The position numbers were made by a program, and so were the translations under genes. Shown one piece after another: positions 45,426-55,974 of a stretch of 64,000 nucleotides of DNA. A model generated the notes under the pieces. The model ran no database searches. It saw only the letters and a list, made by a program, of their open reading frames with translations, and had not been told where the DNA came from. The stretch comes from Alphaproteobacteria bacterium (lineage in GTDB: Bacteria > Pseudomonadota > Alphaproteobacteria > JAGPBS01): the NCBI GenBank assembly GCA_018063245.1, contig JAGPBS010000001.1:8-64007 (forward strand), written 5' to 3'. Every line of letters starts with the position of its first letter. The stretch's first letter is position 1.

Positions 45426-46778
45426 ATGACACAAAATAATGATATTCAAAAACGTTTAGATTTTTTGGGCATTAATGACGGTGTGCGGAGTACATTAAGA
45501 GAATTTAAGCCAATTGCAGCCAGGGCATTGGGTCCGATTTTAGATGGTTTTTATGCTCATATTAGTGGATGGTCTGATTTAGCAAAAATGTTTGGTAGTC
45601 AAGACCGTATAAATTATGCAAAACAAAAGCAGATTGACCATTGGATGAATATTCTGAATGGGACTTTTGATGACTCATACGTTGAATCTGTTACAAAAAT
45701 CGGGATGACCCATAATCGTTTGGGACTTGAACCAAGATGGTATATTGGGGGCTATAATTTTATCGGCATAGGTCTGATTGCTGAGGCTGTGAAATATTAT
45801 CAAAAGGGGTGGAGCCATAAAAAAGCGCAAGAAAACATTATTCGGACCGCTGATGCGATTAATAAAGCGCTTATGCTTGATATGGATTTTGCAATTTCAG
45901 TTTACCTAGAAGCGCAGGCAGATGATCGAAAAAATTTATTGAATCAACTTGGGTCAGAATTTGAAGGATCGGTCAAAAAAGTTGTTGATAATGTCATTAG
46001 TTCTGCAACATCCGTTCAGAATCATTCAGAGGTGATGGTGAGAAACACTGATCTTGTAAATCAACAATCATCAACAGCGGCAGCTGCATCAACACAAGCT
46101 TCTTCAAATGTTCAAACCGTCTCAGCGGCAGCAGAAGAACTGTCAGCATCAATTCAGGAAATCTCACGTCAAGTGCAGCAATCGAACCAAATGACAAAGA
46201 ATGCAAGTGATGTTGCGCGTCAGACAAATGAGACAGTGTCTGGTCTTGTTGAAGCTGCTCAGAAAATTGGTGAAGTTGTTGGGATTATTAATGACATTGC
46301 AGATCAAACAAATCTCCTTGCACTGAATGCAACGATTGAAGCTGCACGTGCAGGTGAGGCAGGTAAAGGATTCGCAGTTGTTGCGAATGAAGTGAAGTCA
46401 CTTGCCAATCAAACGGCAAAATCAACAGATGAAATTAATGAGCAGATTTTAAACATCCAAAAAGTGTCTGAGGAAGCCGCTGTTCAAATTCGGAATATTG
46501 CAGATACGATTGCTCAGATTAGCGAAATTTCAGGCAGTATTGCAGCTTCAGTTGAAGAGCAAAGTTCTGCAACAGGTGAGATTGCTCGCAATGTTCAGCA
46601 AGCATCACAGGGTACATCTGAGGTTTCACAAAGTGTTGAAAGCATGAATCGTGCGACACATGAAACAGAACAAGGGGCACGTGAGTTGGTTAATTCCTCA
46701 AAAGAACTCCTCTCACAAGCTGATGAGTTAAATCAGGATGTTGATGCTTTCTTGAATAAAATTCGGACAGCTGCTTAG
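45426..46778 (+). CDS. globin-coupled sensor methyl-accepting chemotaxis protein (HemAT-like)
   Basis: The N-terminal ~175 aa match the protoglobin/GCS pattern ([13 protein letters not shown]..., FYAHI..., [41 protein letters not shown]), with a proximal His candidate in MTHNRLG. The C-terminal MCP signalling domain has the highly conserved [32 protein letters not shown]. Confidence 0.8.
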   Translation: MTQNNDIQKRLDFLGINDGVRSTLREFKPIAARALGPILDGFYAHISGWSDLAKMFGSQDRINYAKQKQIDHWMNILNGTFDDSYVESVTKIGMTHNRLGLEPRWYIGGYNFIGIGLIAEAVKYYQKGWSHKKAQENIIRTADAINKALMLDMDFAISVYLEAQADDRKNLLNQLGSEFEGSVKKVVDNVISSATSVQNHSEVMVRNTDLVNQQSSTAAAASTQASSNVQTVSAAAEELSASIQEISRQVQQSNQMTKNASDVARQTNETVSGLVEAAQKIGEVVGIINDIADQTNLLALNATIEAARAGEAGKGFAVVANEVKSLANQTAKSTDEINEQILNIQKVSEEAAVQIRNIADTIAQISEISGSIAASVEEQSSATGEIARNVQQASQGTSEVSQSVESMNRATHETEQGARELVNSSKELLSQADELNQDVDAFLNKIRTAA

Positions 46779-46882
46779 TGTAAGCATCGGTTCTACCTTA
46801 AAAGTCAGCACCTGGGTGTTGACTTTTTTGTTTGGCCTGTGGGATGATGGTGGACTGTTTTCTCAGAAAAGAAAGTGTGACG

Positions 46883-47635
46883 ATGGCTAAAAAAAGAGTT
46901 GATGTTTTATTGGTTGAAAAAGCCCTTGTGCCAAGCAGACAAATGGCTCAGTCATTGATCATGGCTCAGAAAATATTTGTTGGAGATCAGGTTGTTCTAA
47001 AGTCTGGTCAAACTTTCCCTGAAGAAACAGACTTTATCGTAAAAGGGAAAGAACATCCCTGGGTCTCACGCGGCGGTATGAAGCTTGAGTCAGGGCTATC
47101 TCATTTCAAGATTGACCCATCACATCGAATTGCGGTCGATATTGGCGCCTCAACCGGTGGTTTTACAGATGTTTTGTTACATCATGGGGCGAAATCTGTC
47201 TATGTAGTGGATGTTGGCCATAATCAACTTGCTTTTAAATTACGTCAAGATCCACGCGTGATTGTTCTTGAAAAAACAAATGCACGCTACTTAAGCGCTG
47301 AGCAGATCCCGGGGCTTTTTACGCTGATTGTGTGTGATGCAAGTTTTATTAGTTTGACAAAGGTTTTGCCTGCCATTATGGATATGGCGCCCCTTAATTG
47401 TGATATGATCGCTCTCATTAAGCCCCAGTTCGAGGCAGCGCGCGATCAGATTGGAAAAAAGGGTGTGGTGCGTGATCCGCTCGTTCACAAAGAGGTCTGT
47501 GATCGAATTGCAGCGTGGCTCGCGGAGTCTGGTTGGGAAGTGCTCGGTTTAAAAGAGAGCCCAATAACAGGTCCTGAGGGAAATGTGGAGTTTTTGATTT
47601 GGGCACAAAAAAAGGAGCAGATGCGTCATGAGTGA
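46883..47635 (+). CDS. tlyA: TlyA-family rRNA 2'-O-methyltransferase / haemolysin A-like
   Basis: S4-like N-terminus RVDVLLVEKALVPSRQMAQSLIMAQKIFV, then an FtsJ-like MTase (DIGASTGGFTDVLL). ATG at 46883 (the ORF track starts at 46832). Confidence 0.8.
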   Translation: MAKKRVDVLLVEKALVPSRQMAQSLIMAQKIFVGDQVVLKSGQTFPEETDFIVKGKEHPWVSRGGMKLESGLSHFKIDPSHRIAVDIGASTGGFTDVLLHHGAKSVYVVDVGHNQLAFKLRQDPRVIVLEKTNARYLSAEQIPGLFTLIVCDASFISLTKVLPAIMDMAPLNCDMIALIKPQFEAARDQIGKKGVVRDPLVHKEVCDRIAAWLAESGWEVLGLKESPITGPEGNVEFLIWAQKKEQMRHE

Positions 47636-48353
47636 TTGGGAAGATCAAGGCATATTACTCAATGTGAAGCCACACGGCGAATCATCAGCCATCTTATCGA
47701 TTCTCACAAAAGAAAAAGGGCGCCATCCTGGTTATGTCAAAGGCGCTTTATCCAAGAAAGACAAGGGTCTCTATCAGCCAGGGAATTTGGTTGATGTTTT
47801 CTGGCAGGGAAGACTTGAGGAGCAATTGGGATTTTTCCGCGTTGAGATGATTACCAATTACGGCGTGAAATATTACGATGAGCCTTTAAAATTGATGGCG
47901 CTTAATTCTGTCTGCGCGCTTGCGCATTCTTGCCTGTCAGAGCGTTTTCCATTCCCGCAGATTTATGAAGGGCTTAAGGCCTTCTTGCTTTTGATGGAAA
48001 CAGAAGATTTTTGGCCAGCTCTTTACGTTCATTTTGAAAAGAGTTTGCTCCATGCGCTTGGATTTGGTTTGGACTTAGAAAGGTGCACGGTTTGTCAGCG
48101 TGAGGATGATTTGATTTATGTGAGCCCCAAAACAGCACGTGCTGTTTGTAGAGCTGATGGTGAGCCTTATAAAGAAAAGCTATTGCTTCTGCCGCCCTTT
48201 TTGCAAAAAGGAGGGGCCTATCATGAAGAGGATTTGATAGATGGTTTAAGGCTGACGGGTTATTTTTTAGGAGAGCATATCTTTACGCATCTCTATAGTG
48301 GCGAGCCATTTGCGCGTAGTCAATTTGTGCAGATGTGTCATACTAAGCAATAG
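47628..48353 (+). CDS. recO: DNA repair protein RecO
   Basis: N-terminal OB fold, C-terminal CTVCQ...C zinc motif. Overlaps the tlyA stop. Confidence 0.8.
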   Translation: MSDWEDQGILLNVKPHGESSAILSILTKEKGRHPGYVKGALSKKDKGLYQPGNLVDVFWQGRLEEQLGFFRVEMITNYGVKYYDEPLKLMALNSVCALAHSCLSERFPFPQIYEGLKAFLLLMETEDFWPALYVHFEKSLLHALGFGLDLERCTVCQREDDLIYVSPKTARAVCRADGEPYKEKLLLLPPFLQKGGAYHEEDLIDGLRLTGYFLGEHIFTHLYSGEPFARSQFVQMCHTKQ

Positions 48354-48411
48354 GCATTAAATAGCACATTTAAAGCGGTGATTAGAAGTATCAGTTGCAG
48401 TATTGACAAGT

Positions 48412-48532
48412 CGTCACTCAGAGCCCTCCTTAGGAGGGCGTGGAGTCTCTTGGCGTTAACAAATGGGTGCATCTTTTTGAGACTTTGCAGAGATTCCACG
48501 CCACCTCTTATGGAGGTGGCTCTGAATGACGG
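48412..48532 (+). repeat. type-A palindromic element, copy A5
   Basis: CGTCACTCAGAGCCCTCCTTAGGAGGGCGTGGAGTCTC...GAGATTCCACGCCACCTCTTATGGAGGTGGCTCTGAATGACGG. Confidence 0.8.
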
Positions 48533-48595
48533 ATTCTAATGTTACGATGCTTTTAATGCGAGAAAATTTTATAGAAAGTGAATGAATTTGATATG

Positions 48596-48629
48596 AAAAA
48601 AACCCCAGATCATAAATCTGGGGTTTTCC
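48596..48629 (-). terminator. rho-independent terminator of mucR (stem CCCCAGAT/ATCTGGGG; T-run on the minus strand)
   Basis: AAAAAAACCCCAGATCATAAATCTGGGGTTTTCC read directly, immediately 3' of the mucR stop (48643-48645). Confidence 0.7.
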
Positions 48630-48642
48630 TAAATAGTGTTTA

Positions 48643-49077
48643 TTACGCTGTTACAACTTTTTTCTTACGACCACCGTTTTTGCCGAGACCGAGGTCGCGT
48701 GCATAACGTGAACGAACTTCAGCGTAGTTTGGTGCAACCATTGGGTAGTTCGGTGGAAGATTCCAACGACGACGATACTCTTCTGGGCTCATGTTGTAAG
48801 CTGAACGCAGGTGACGCTTAAGCATTTTAAGTTGTTTGCCGTCTTCAAGGCAAATGATGTAGTCTGGTGTTACTGATTTTGCAATCGGAACTGCAGGCTG
48901 TTTGCCTTCAGGTGCAACGTGCGAACCTGAACGAATTGCTTTCAAGCTTTGGAAAACAATGTTTACGATCTCAGGAATGCTCTCAGGAGAAACCTGGTGG
49001 TTTGCAACATATGCGCTAACAATATCAGATGTAATTAATAAAATATCTGAAAAATCACGATTTTGGTTATCTGTCAT
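48643..49077 (-). CDS. mucR: MucR/Ros-family zinc-finger transcriptional regulator
   Basis: 144 aa. A Ros/MucR C2H2-like zinc motif is present (…CLEDGKQLKMLKRHLRSAYNMSPEEYRRRWNL…), and the N-terminus matches the family (ITSDIVSAYVANH). Confidence 0.85.
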   Translation of the reverse strand: MTDNQNRDFSDILLITSDIVSAYVANHQVSPESIPEIVNIVFQSLKAIRSGSHVAPEGKQPAVPIAKSVTPDYIICLEDGKQLKMLKRHLRSAYNMSPEEYRRRWNLPPNYPMVAPNYAEVRSRYARDLGLGKNGGRKKKVVTA

Positions 49078-49301
49078 TCTCGAACTCCTTTTAAATTCCT
49101 TAAACGAATGGTTTTAATCAATACAGAGTAAAATAACTTTGCATGCCGTAAATATATTAACATTTTATATATATGTCAAGTATTTTTTTTAATAAATAAT
49201 TAACTTTTCACCAGTTCTATCAGTGATCAAAAATGATTTAATCTCTTGGCGGATGGATCAAATTGATGTAAGCTATCTTGAAGTTTTAAAAAGGTTTATT
49301 A

Positions 49302-49766
49302 TTGATGGGTGATCAAGCAGAAATACGTCAGATTTTAGTTGCAAATGACCATGCTGGTGTTGAGTTTAAGGCTCAATTACGCAGCTCTTCTTCATTAAAA
49401 GATGTCACCTTTGTTGATCTTGGGGTTTTTGAAACCACTTCTGTTGATTATCCCGATGTTGCTGTCACTTTAGCTGAAAAAATGAAAAATGTACCCAATG
49501 CATTAGGCCTTTTGATTTGCGGATCGGGCATTGGCGTTTCAATGGCTGCGAATCGTTTTTCACATATGAGGGCTGCTTTGTGTCATGACGTGACCACAGC
49601 AAGGCTTGCAAGACAGCATAATGATGCAAATGTTCTTGTGATGGGCGCCAGAACAACAGGGATTCAAACAGCTATTGACATGATCTTGGCTTTTATGTCC
49701 GCGTCTTTTGAAGGTGGGCGTCATCAGGGGCGCGTTGATAAATTAAATCATTTAACGAATAAATAG
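49302..49766 (+). CDS. rpiB: ribose-5-phosphate isomerase B
   Basis: LacAB_rpiB motifs: ANDHAGVEFK and LICGSGIGVSMAANR. Confidence 0.85.
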   Translation: MMGDQAEIRQILVANDHAGVEFKAQLRSSSSLKDVTFVDLGVFETTSVDYPDVAVTLAEKMKNVPNALGLLICGSGIGVSMAANRFSHMRAALCHDVTTARLARQHNDANVLVMGARTTGIQTAIDMILAFMSASFEGGRHQGRVDKLNHLTNK

Positions 49767-49778
49767 AGGGAGATTATT

Positions 49779-51110
49779 ATGAGTGCAACACATAATTTAG
49801 CAAGGAAAGATCAGATGAGTACACAGAATCACACAGAGGCTTCCTCCTTTTTTCAGCAGCAGCTTGCAACAAGTGATCCAGCGATTGCAGCGATCATCAA
49901 AAAAGAAAATGCAAGACAGCAAAATCAAATTGAAATGATTGCCTCTGAGAATTACACCTCAGCAGCAGTGATGGCAGCGCAAGGATCTGTCCTTACCAAT
50001 AAATATGCCGAAGGTTATCCAAACCGTCGTTATTATGGTGGGTGTGAAGTTGTTGATGAGGCGGAAACACTCGCCATTGAGCGCGCATGCGAGTTGTTCG
50101 GTTGCGACTTTGCCAATGTGCAGCCTCATTCAGGAGCGCAAGCAAACCAAGCTGTGATGCTCGCTTTGCTTGAGCCTGGAGATTCTTTCATGGGCCTTTC
50201 TTTGAATGCAGGGGGACACTTAACGCACGGATCTCCTGTGAATCTATCAGGAAAATGGTTCAAGCCAATTCCTTACATGGTAAAGCCTGATACACATCTG
50301 ATCGATTTTGATGAAGTTGAAGCTTTAGCTTTAGAGCATCGCCCTAAGCTTATTATTACAGGTGGTTCAGCTTATCCACGTACGATTGACTTTAAAAAAT
50401 TCCGCGAGATTGCGGATAAAATCGGAGCCTACTTATGGGTTGATATGGCTCACTTTGCTGGTCTTGTTGCGGGTGGTGCACATCCAAATCCCCTTGATTA
50501 TGCGCATATCGTCACAACAACAACGCATAAAACCTTACGTGGCCCACGCGGAGGGATGATTCTAAGCCGCGATGTTGAGCTTGGTAAAAAGATCAATTCT
50601 GCTGTATTCCCTGGTCTTCAAGGCGGTCCTTTAATGCATGTGATTGCAGCTAAAGCTGTCGCTTTGGGTGAGGCATTGCAGCCATCTTTCAAAACCTACG
50701 CACAGCAAGTTGTGAAAAATGCGAAAAAGCTTAGCGATGTGATTAAAGCGGGTGGTTTAAATCTTGTCTCTGGCGGTACAGACACGCATTTGATTTTGGT
50801 TGATTTGCGCCCCAAAGGTGTGACCGGTAAAGATGCAGAGAAAGTGCTCGAGTCAATCGGCATTGCTTGCAATAAAAATGGGATTCCGTATGATACAGAA
50901 AAGCCGATGATTACCTCAGGCATTCGTTTGGGGACACCAGCTGGCACAACCAGAGGCTTTAAAGAAGCTGAGTTTGAAGAAATCGGCAAGATTATTTGCG
51001 GCGTGATTGATTTAATGTCAAAAGGGCCAGTGAATGAGTCTGATTTGACCTCTTACAAACAGCGCGTTCAAGCTTTGTGCGATGCTTTTCCAATTTATGA
51101 TATGGTATAA
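49779..51110 (+). CDS. glyA: serine hydroxymethyltransferase
   Basis: [23 protein letters not shown], and PLP-Lys region [25 protein letters not shown]. Confidence 0.95.
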   Translation: MSATHNLARKDQMSTQNHTEASSFFQQQLATSDPAIAAIIKKENARQQNQIEMIASENYTSAAVMAAQGSVLTNKYAEGYPNRRYYGGCEVVDEAETLAIERACELFGCDFANVQPHSGAQANQAVMLALLEPGDSFMGLSLNAGGHLTHGSPVNLSGKWFKPIPYMVKPDTHLIDFDEVEALALEHRPKLIITGGSAYPRTIDFKKFREIADKIGAYLWVDMAHFAGLVAGGAHPNPLDYAHIVTTTTHKTLRGPRGGMILSRDVELGKKINSAVFPGLQGGPLMHVIAAKAVALGEALQPSFKTYAQQVVKNAKKLSDVIKAGGLNLVSGGTDTHLILVDLRPKGVTGKDAEKVLESIGIACNKNGIPYDTEKPMITSGIRLGTPAGTTRGFKEAEFEEIGKIICGVIDLMSKGPVNESDLTSYKQRVQALCDAFPIYDMV

Positions 51111-51112
51111 TC

Positions 51113-51583
51113 ATGAGATGTCCATTTTGTGGCAACGAAGAAACGCAAGTAAAAGATTCGCGGGCGAGTGATGATCAAACATCCATTCGCCGGCGTCGTT
51201 TCTGTCCAAAATGCGTTGGTCGTTTTACGACTTTTGAACGGGTGCAGTTGCGCGAACTGACTGTGATGAAGAATGATGGCGTCAAAGAGGCTTTTGATCG
51301 TGATAAAATTACGCGTTCTATCCAGATTGCCTTGCGCAAAAGACCTGTCTCGTTGGATCAAATTGAGCTTTTGGTGAATAGTTTAATCAGACAGCTTGAA
51401 ACGCATGTTGAGCAAGATGTCACAACAAAGCTGATTGGGCAATTGGTCATGGATGCTCTCTCAGAACTTGATCAAGTTGGTTATGTGCGCTATGCCTCGG
51501 TCTATCATGACTTTCAAAACCCTTCTGACTTTAACCGTTTTGTCCAGAAGCTAAAGCCACAAGAGATTACTCAGCTGTTGTAG
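51113..51583 (+). CDS. nrdR: transcriptional repressor NrdR
   Basis: Zinc ribbon CPFCGNEETQVKDSR...CPKC plus an ATP-cone. Immediately 3' of glyA, the conserved glyA-nrdR linkage. Confidence 0.9.
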   Translation: MRCPFCGNEETQVKDSRASDDQTSIRRRRFCPKCVGRFTTFERVQLRELTVMKNDGVKEAFDRDKITRSIQIALRKRPVSLDQIELLVNSLIRQLETHVEQDVTTKLIGQLVMDALSELDQVGYVRYASVYHDFQNPSDFNRFVQKLKPQEITQLL

Positions 51584-51812
51584 TGCTTGCCCTACGTCTT
51601 GAGATTTGTTGTGATGGATCTTCTAGCGGATGAAAGGATTTGATATGAGGGCTCACGGCTCGCTCGATTGTTCTCGCATCTAAAGATAATCTGAATTCAA
51701 CTGAGTGATTCATATCAACATTATCTTGTGCTGTTTCAAAAATAATAGAGCTTGAATCGCTTGAATGAGGTAGTCCATATTCACGTGGATTGAGTTCAAT
51801 TGTCGGTATCAT
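51567..51812 (-). CDS. small hypothetical protein (81 aa)
   Basis: Strong SD AAGGAGAG with 4-nt spacing precedes its ATG at 51812. It is convergent with nrdR and overlaps its 3' end by 17 nt. No family recognised. Confidence 0.35.
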   Translation of the reverse strand: MIPTIELNPREYGLPHSSDSSSIIFETAQDNVDMNHSVEFRLSLDARTIERAVSPHIKSFHPLEDPSQQISRRRASTTTAE

Positions 51813-51856
51813 GGTTCTCTCCTTTTTTAGGTGTGTAAGTCTCCCTATTCTGAGTA

Positions 51857-51944
51857 CGTCATCGCGAGGAGCGATAGCGACGTGGCGATCTTGTATAGTG
51901 AGATGAGATTGCCACGGCGCAACAAGGAGCGCCTCGCAATGACG
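51857..51944 (+). repeat. type-B palindromic element, divergent copy B3
   Basis: CGTCATCGCGAGGAGCGATAGCGACGTGGCGATCT...GAGATTGCCACGGCGCAACAAGGAGCGCCTCGCAATGACG. Confidence 0.7.
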
Positions 51945-51992
51945 AATGTGCTATTGCTTACAATCTTAGTATAAGAGGAGGGAGTTAATTTT

Positions 51993-53297
51993 TCACCCTA
52001 GTATCACGCCAAACAATTTTTCACCATCAAAATGGGTGATTTTTGCCCGTTGAACGGAACCAATTTGCAATTCAGAGCCTTCTTGCGGCTCCAAATGAAC
52101 TTCAGCAAACTCTGGGCTGCGGCCCATGCTGTTTTTTTCAATCAAAAGCTCTGTCTCACGGCCAACGCAGCTCTGTAAATAAGCTTTGACCTTCTCTTCA
52201 CCTTTGGCTCTGAGGCGTGCAGCTCTTTCTTTGCGAATGACTGATTCAACTTGAGGCATGCGAGCAGCTGGCGTTCCGTCTCGCGGGGAATAAGGGAAAA
52301 CATGGAGCCAGGTCAAATCACATTCATCCACGATGCGCATTGTGTTTTCAAACATCTCATCTGTTTCTGTCGGAAAGCCAGCAATTAAATCAGCGCCAAA
52401 GACAATATTTGGGCGAACGGCTCTCGCTCTTTTGCAAAATTCGATGGCATCATCTCTTAAGTGACGACGTTTCATGCGCTTGAGAATCATGTCGTCACCC
52501 GCCTGAAGGCTCACATGGAGATGCGGCATGAGTCTTTCTTCATGCGCAATCAAATCCCAAAGATCATCATCAATCTCAACGGGATCAAGGGATGAAAGGC
52601 GCAGGCGTTTAAGGCCAGGGTTCTGGTTTAGAACACGGCGGATCATCTGGCCAAAGGTGGGTGAGCCTGGTAAATCAGCGCCGTAAGCTGTTACGTCAAC
52701 GCCGGTGAAAACAATTTCCTGATACCCAGAGTCGATGAGTTTTTTGACATGATCAGCAATAACGCCGATCGGGACTGATCTTGAATTGCCGCGTCCAAAA
52801 GGGATTGTACAAAAGGTGCAACGATGATCGCAGCCATTTTGAACCTGTAAAAAGGCGCGAGATTTTTCTTCAAAACCCTCAATCAGCTGATGAGCTGTTT
52901 CTTGAATGGTCATGATATCAGTCACTTGAACGCGTTCAACATCATTGCCGACACGTGGCTTATAGGATTCAAATAGCATTTTTTCATGATTGCCGAGCAA
53001 AAGGTCAATCTCGGGCATAGCGGCAAATTGCTCTGGGCGAATCTGAACGGCACAGCCAGTGACAATGATTTTGGCATCAGGATTTTGGCGACGCATTTTG
53101 CGGATCGATTGCCTTGCTTGTCTTTCAGCCTCTGCAGTCACGGCGCAGGTATTGATAATGATTGTGTTTTCAAGGCCAGCTGTTGTGGCATGACTTTTCA
53201 TCACTTCAGATTCGTAACTGTTGAGACGACAGCCGAAGGTGACAAGTTGAACAGAATCATCTGATTTTTGAAGAGCATCTTTTGACATAAGATCCAT
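51993..53297 (-). CDS. mtaB: MiaB-like radical-SAM methylthiotransferase (MtaB-type)
   Basis: N-terminal MTTase domain VTFGCRLNSYESE, radical-SAM CDHRCTFC, C-terminal TRAM domain. Confidence 0.8.
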   Translation of the reverse strand: MDLMSKDALQKSDDSVQLVTFGCRLNSYESEVMKSHATTAGLENTIIINTCAVTAEAERQARQSIRKMRRQNPDAKIIVTGCAVQIRPEQFAAMPEIDLLLGNHEKMLFESYKPRVGNDVERVQVTDIMTIQETAHQLIEGFEEKSRAFLQVQNGCDHRCTFCTIPFGRGNSRSVPIGVIADHVKKLIDSGYQEIVFTGVDVTAYGADLPGSPTFGQMIRRVLNQNPGLKRLRLSSLDPVEIDDDLWDLIAHEERLMPHLHVSLQAGDDMILKRMKRRHLRDDAIEFCKRARAVRPNIVFGADLIAGFPTETDEMFENTMRIVDECDLTWLHVFPYSPRDGTPAARMPQVESVIRKERAARLRAKGEEKVKAYLQSCVGRETELLIEKNSMGRSPEFAEVHLEPQEGSELQIGSVQRAKITHFDGEKLFGVILG

Positions 53298-53330
53298 AAA
53301 ATAAACAAATTAAAAGTAAAAGGCAAGAGA

Positions 53331-53861
53331 TTATTTTTCGCAGTCAAGAAGGCGTTGTTTCACATCAAGTCCCCAGGCATAGCCACAGAGTCCTTTATTC
53401 GATCCAATCACGCGGTGGCATGGAATAAAAAGTGAGATTGGATTTTTGCCAATGGCTGATCCTGTCGCTCTCACACTTTTTGGGCGCCCAATTTGGGTGG
53501 CTATTTGCTGATAAGTTGTGGTTTTTCCGTATGGGATATCAAGAAGAGCCTTCCAGATTGACACTTGAAAGTCGGTTCCATTCACACAAAATTGGATAGA
53601 AGAGTCAATCGGCTTGTCTGTCAGAAAGGTGTTGATTTGCTCTGTCCAAAAGGGATCCGTTTTGTTGATGTCAGAGAAAGTCACAGATTTTGCTTTGAGT
53701 TTGATGATTGATTTTGGATCAGGCATTTCATTTTTGCGATGGATACTGGCCCAGTAGAGCTTTTTACCTTGAGCGCCAATTAAGATATTAAAGTGAGGCA
53801 TGGAAATGAGCGATAGATCAATTGAAAGTGTATCAAGAGGGCTGTGTAAAAAGGTCATCAT
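53331..53861 (-). CDS. ogt: methylated-DNA-protein-cysteine methyltransferase
   Basis: Active site IPCHRVIGSNKGLCGYAWG. Confidence 0.85.
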   Translation of the reverse strand: MMTFLHSPLDTLSIDLSLISMPHFNILIGAQGKKLYWASIHRKNEMPDPKSIIKLKAKSVTFSDINKTDPFWTEQINTFLTDKPIDSSIQFCVNGTDFQVSIWKALLDIPYGKTTTYQQIATQIGRPKSVRATGSAIGKNPISLFIPCHRVIGSNKGLCGYAWGLDVKQRLLDCEK

Positions 53862-54014
53862 TGTCTCCGTCGTTTATATGGTGTGACTTACAATAGCATC
53901 ATTGTTAGCCTCTTCACACTTTTTTTGTTTGCTTGTGATAAAATTCTGGCGTGGGTGGTTTAAATATTGTATTAATAGGACCATCAATGTTTATTCAAGT
54001 CGAGGGATCCAAAA

Positions 54015-54566
54015 ATGACAAAAGCAAATGATGCTCCAAAACAACAGGCGCCAACACAAATTATTATCAATGCTCAATATATCAAGGATCTTTCTTTTGA
54101 AAATCCAAATGCGCCTTTCAGCCTATTGCCAAGCAAAGAAGCCCCAAAGATCAATATTGAATTTAATGTAACGGCTAATGATCTTGACGTTGCGGATGAT
54201 GCATCTCAAGGTAAAACGGATGGTGAGGCGAAAAACAAGCTTACAGAAATCACAATGATTTTTAAGGCTGAAGCTGTTACGCAAAATAAAACATCATTTG
54301 TGATTGAGCTATCCTATGCTGGTGTTTTCACAACAACAGGCCTTACAGATCAACAAAAGCACTTCTTGGTTCATATTGAAGGGCCACATATTCTATTCCC
54401 ATTCTGCAGAGCCATTATCGCACAAACAACCAGAGAAGGTGGTTTTCCGCCTCTCTTCTTAGCACCGCCAGATTTTGGTCATCTTTACCAACAAAGAATG
54501 CAACAAGAAATGCAGGCAGCTGAAAAGATAACGGAAGACAATCCTAAGAATAAAACCATCAATTAA
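54015..54566 (+). CDS. secB: protein-export chaperone SecB
   Basis: QIIINAQYIKDLSFENPNAP..., GPHILFPFCRAIIAQTTREGGFPPLFLAPPDFGHLY. RBS GAGGGA. Confidence 0.85.
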   Translation: MTKANDAPKQQAPTQIIINAQYIKDLSFENPNAPFSLLPSKEAPKINIEFNVTANDLDVADDASQGKTDGEAKNKLTEITMIFKAEAVTQNKTSFVIELSYAGVFTTTGLTDQQKHFLVHIEGPHILFPFCRAIIAQTTREGGFPPLFLAPPDFGHLYQQRMQQEMQAAEKITEDNPKNKTIN

Positions 54567-54575
54567 TACAGGGCG

Positions 54576-55763
54576 TTAGAGCGATTTAGATGCCCGAGGA
54601 GCGATTCGTTTGGGAAGCATCTTTTGCGCTGCTTCTTCGTAGCCATTTTTTGCTGCTTCTTGAAACCAAAAGTAGGCTTTTGTGAGGTTTTGATGAGGTC
54701 CTGTCATTTCATAAATCTCAGCAAGCTCAAATTGAGCCTCTACGTATAGTTCTGTCGCTTTTGTTAAATAAGCGATTGCTGTTTCAAGTTCTTTTTCTTC
54801 TTTATAAACAAGGCCTAGCTCTAATTGAGACTCACCGTGCCCATTGTCAGAGGCTCTTTCTAAGTAGAACATTCCTTTATCATAATCTTCAGGTGTGTTG
54901 ATTCCATGGAGATACATACATCCCAATTTGTGTGTGGATGGATTAAAATTATGATCAGCAGCAATTTGATAGTAGGCTATTGCTTTTTGAATGTTAATCT
55001 CTGTACCAAAGCCAAGTTCAAACATGACACCAAGTTGATGATTTGCTTTGATGTGGCCTTTCTGTGCTGCATTTAGAAAACACTCAAATGCAGTTTCTCT
55101 AGGATTTTCAAATTCAGGAAACTCTATATGGACCATTCCAAGATAAAATTGAGCCTCTGCACTCCCTTGGGATGCAGCCTTAACCAAGTAGTCTTTTGCT
55201 ATGCCTAAATCCCTGCCGACAAGCTCTCCTTTACGGTAATGAATACCTAAATAAAGCTGTGCAGTCATGTCATTTTCTTTTGCAGCCTCGGTCCATAGCT
55301 CAATGATTCTATTTCTTATATCTGCGTTTAAGTTAATGCTTGGTTCAGTATTATAGATAAAGCCAAGGATGACCTTTGCAGGGGTAAAATTGAGCTCTGC
55401 AGAAATCTCAAGATAATGAATTGCTTTTGTAAGCTGTTTTGCATCATCATTAATTTCATAATGCTTAATCCCCAAATTGTATAGAGCTTCGGGATGCTCT
55501 AGATTAGCTGCTTTTTGAAGATACACATTTGCTTTTGCATCGTCTGTTGTATTGACATAAAGGTCAAAATAATAATCACCGTCTTTTTCATGCTTAAGGC
55601 GTTTAGCTGCAGAGTCTCGGCTCATGATGGTTTTAATATCAACCTTTACTGAAGGTTGAGTGGATTCGATATTTCTTTTTGTGGCCTTCTCAATACTGAT
55701 ATTTTCATCAGTTTGAGTTAGATTTTGGGTGTTTGAGTTGGTATTAAATTGAATGCCTGACAT
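54576..55763 (-). CDS. Sel1-repeat (TPR-like) protein, ~9 repeats
   Basis: Recurring A-x-x-Y-L-G-x-x-Y Sel1 motifs, e.g. AQFYLGMVHIEF, AQLYLGIHYRKGELVGRDLGIAKDYLVKAASQG, AQFELAEIYEMT. Confidence 0.8.
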   Translation of the reverse strand: MSGIQFNTNSNTQNLTQTDENISIEKATKRNIESTQPSVKVDIKTIMSRDSAAKRLKHEKDGDYYFDLYVNTTDDAKANVYLQKAANLEHPEALYNLGIKHYEINDDAKQLTKAIHYLEISAELNFTPAKVILGFIYNTEPSINLNADIRNRIIELWTEAAKENDMTAQLYLGIHYRKGELVGRDLGIAKDYLVKAASQGSAEAQFYLGMVHIEFPEFENPRETAFECFLNAAQKGHIKANHQLGVMFELGFGTEINIQKAIAYYQIAADHNFNPSTHKLGCMYLHGINTPEDYDKGMFYLERASDNGHGESQLELGLVYKEEKELETAIAYLTKATELYVEAQFELAEIYEMTGPHQNLTKAYFWFQEAAKNGYEEAAQKMLPKRIAPRASKSL

Positions 55764-55974
55764 GAAAATACTCTCAGTTACAAATATAGATTTCTTTAAA
55801 AAAATGGATGAAACGTTAAAGAATGTTCATCTCTGCGGTATGTAAAAATAGTTATCTAACTATAAGAATATATTATATTAAAAAAATATGCAAGAAATAA
55901 GTGGGGTTATGGTTGTGAAGCCAAGGTCACATAATTTGTTGATGAAAGTGTATGTAAGAGTTATCAATAAATAC

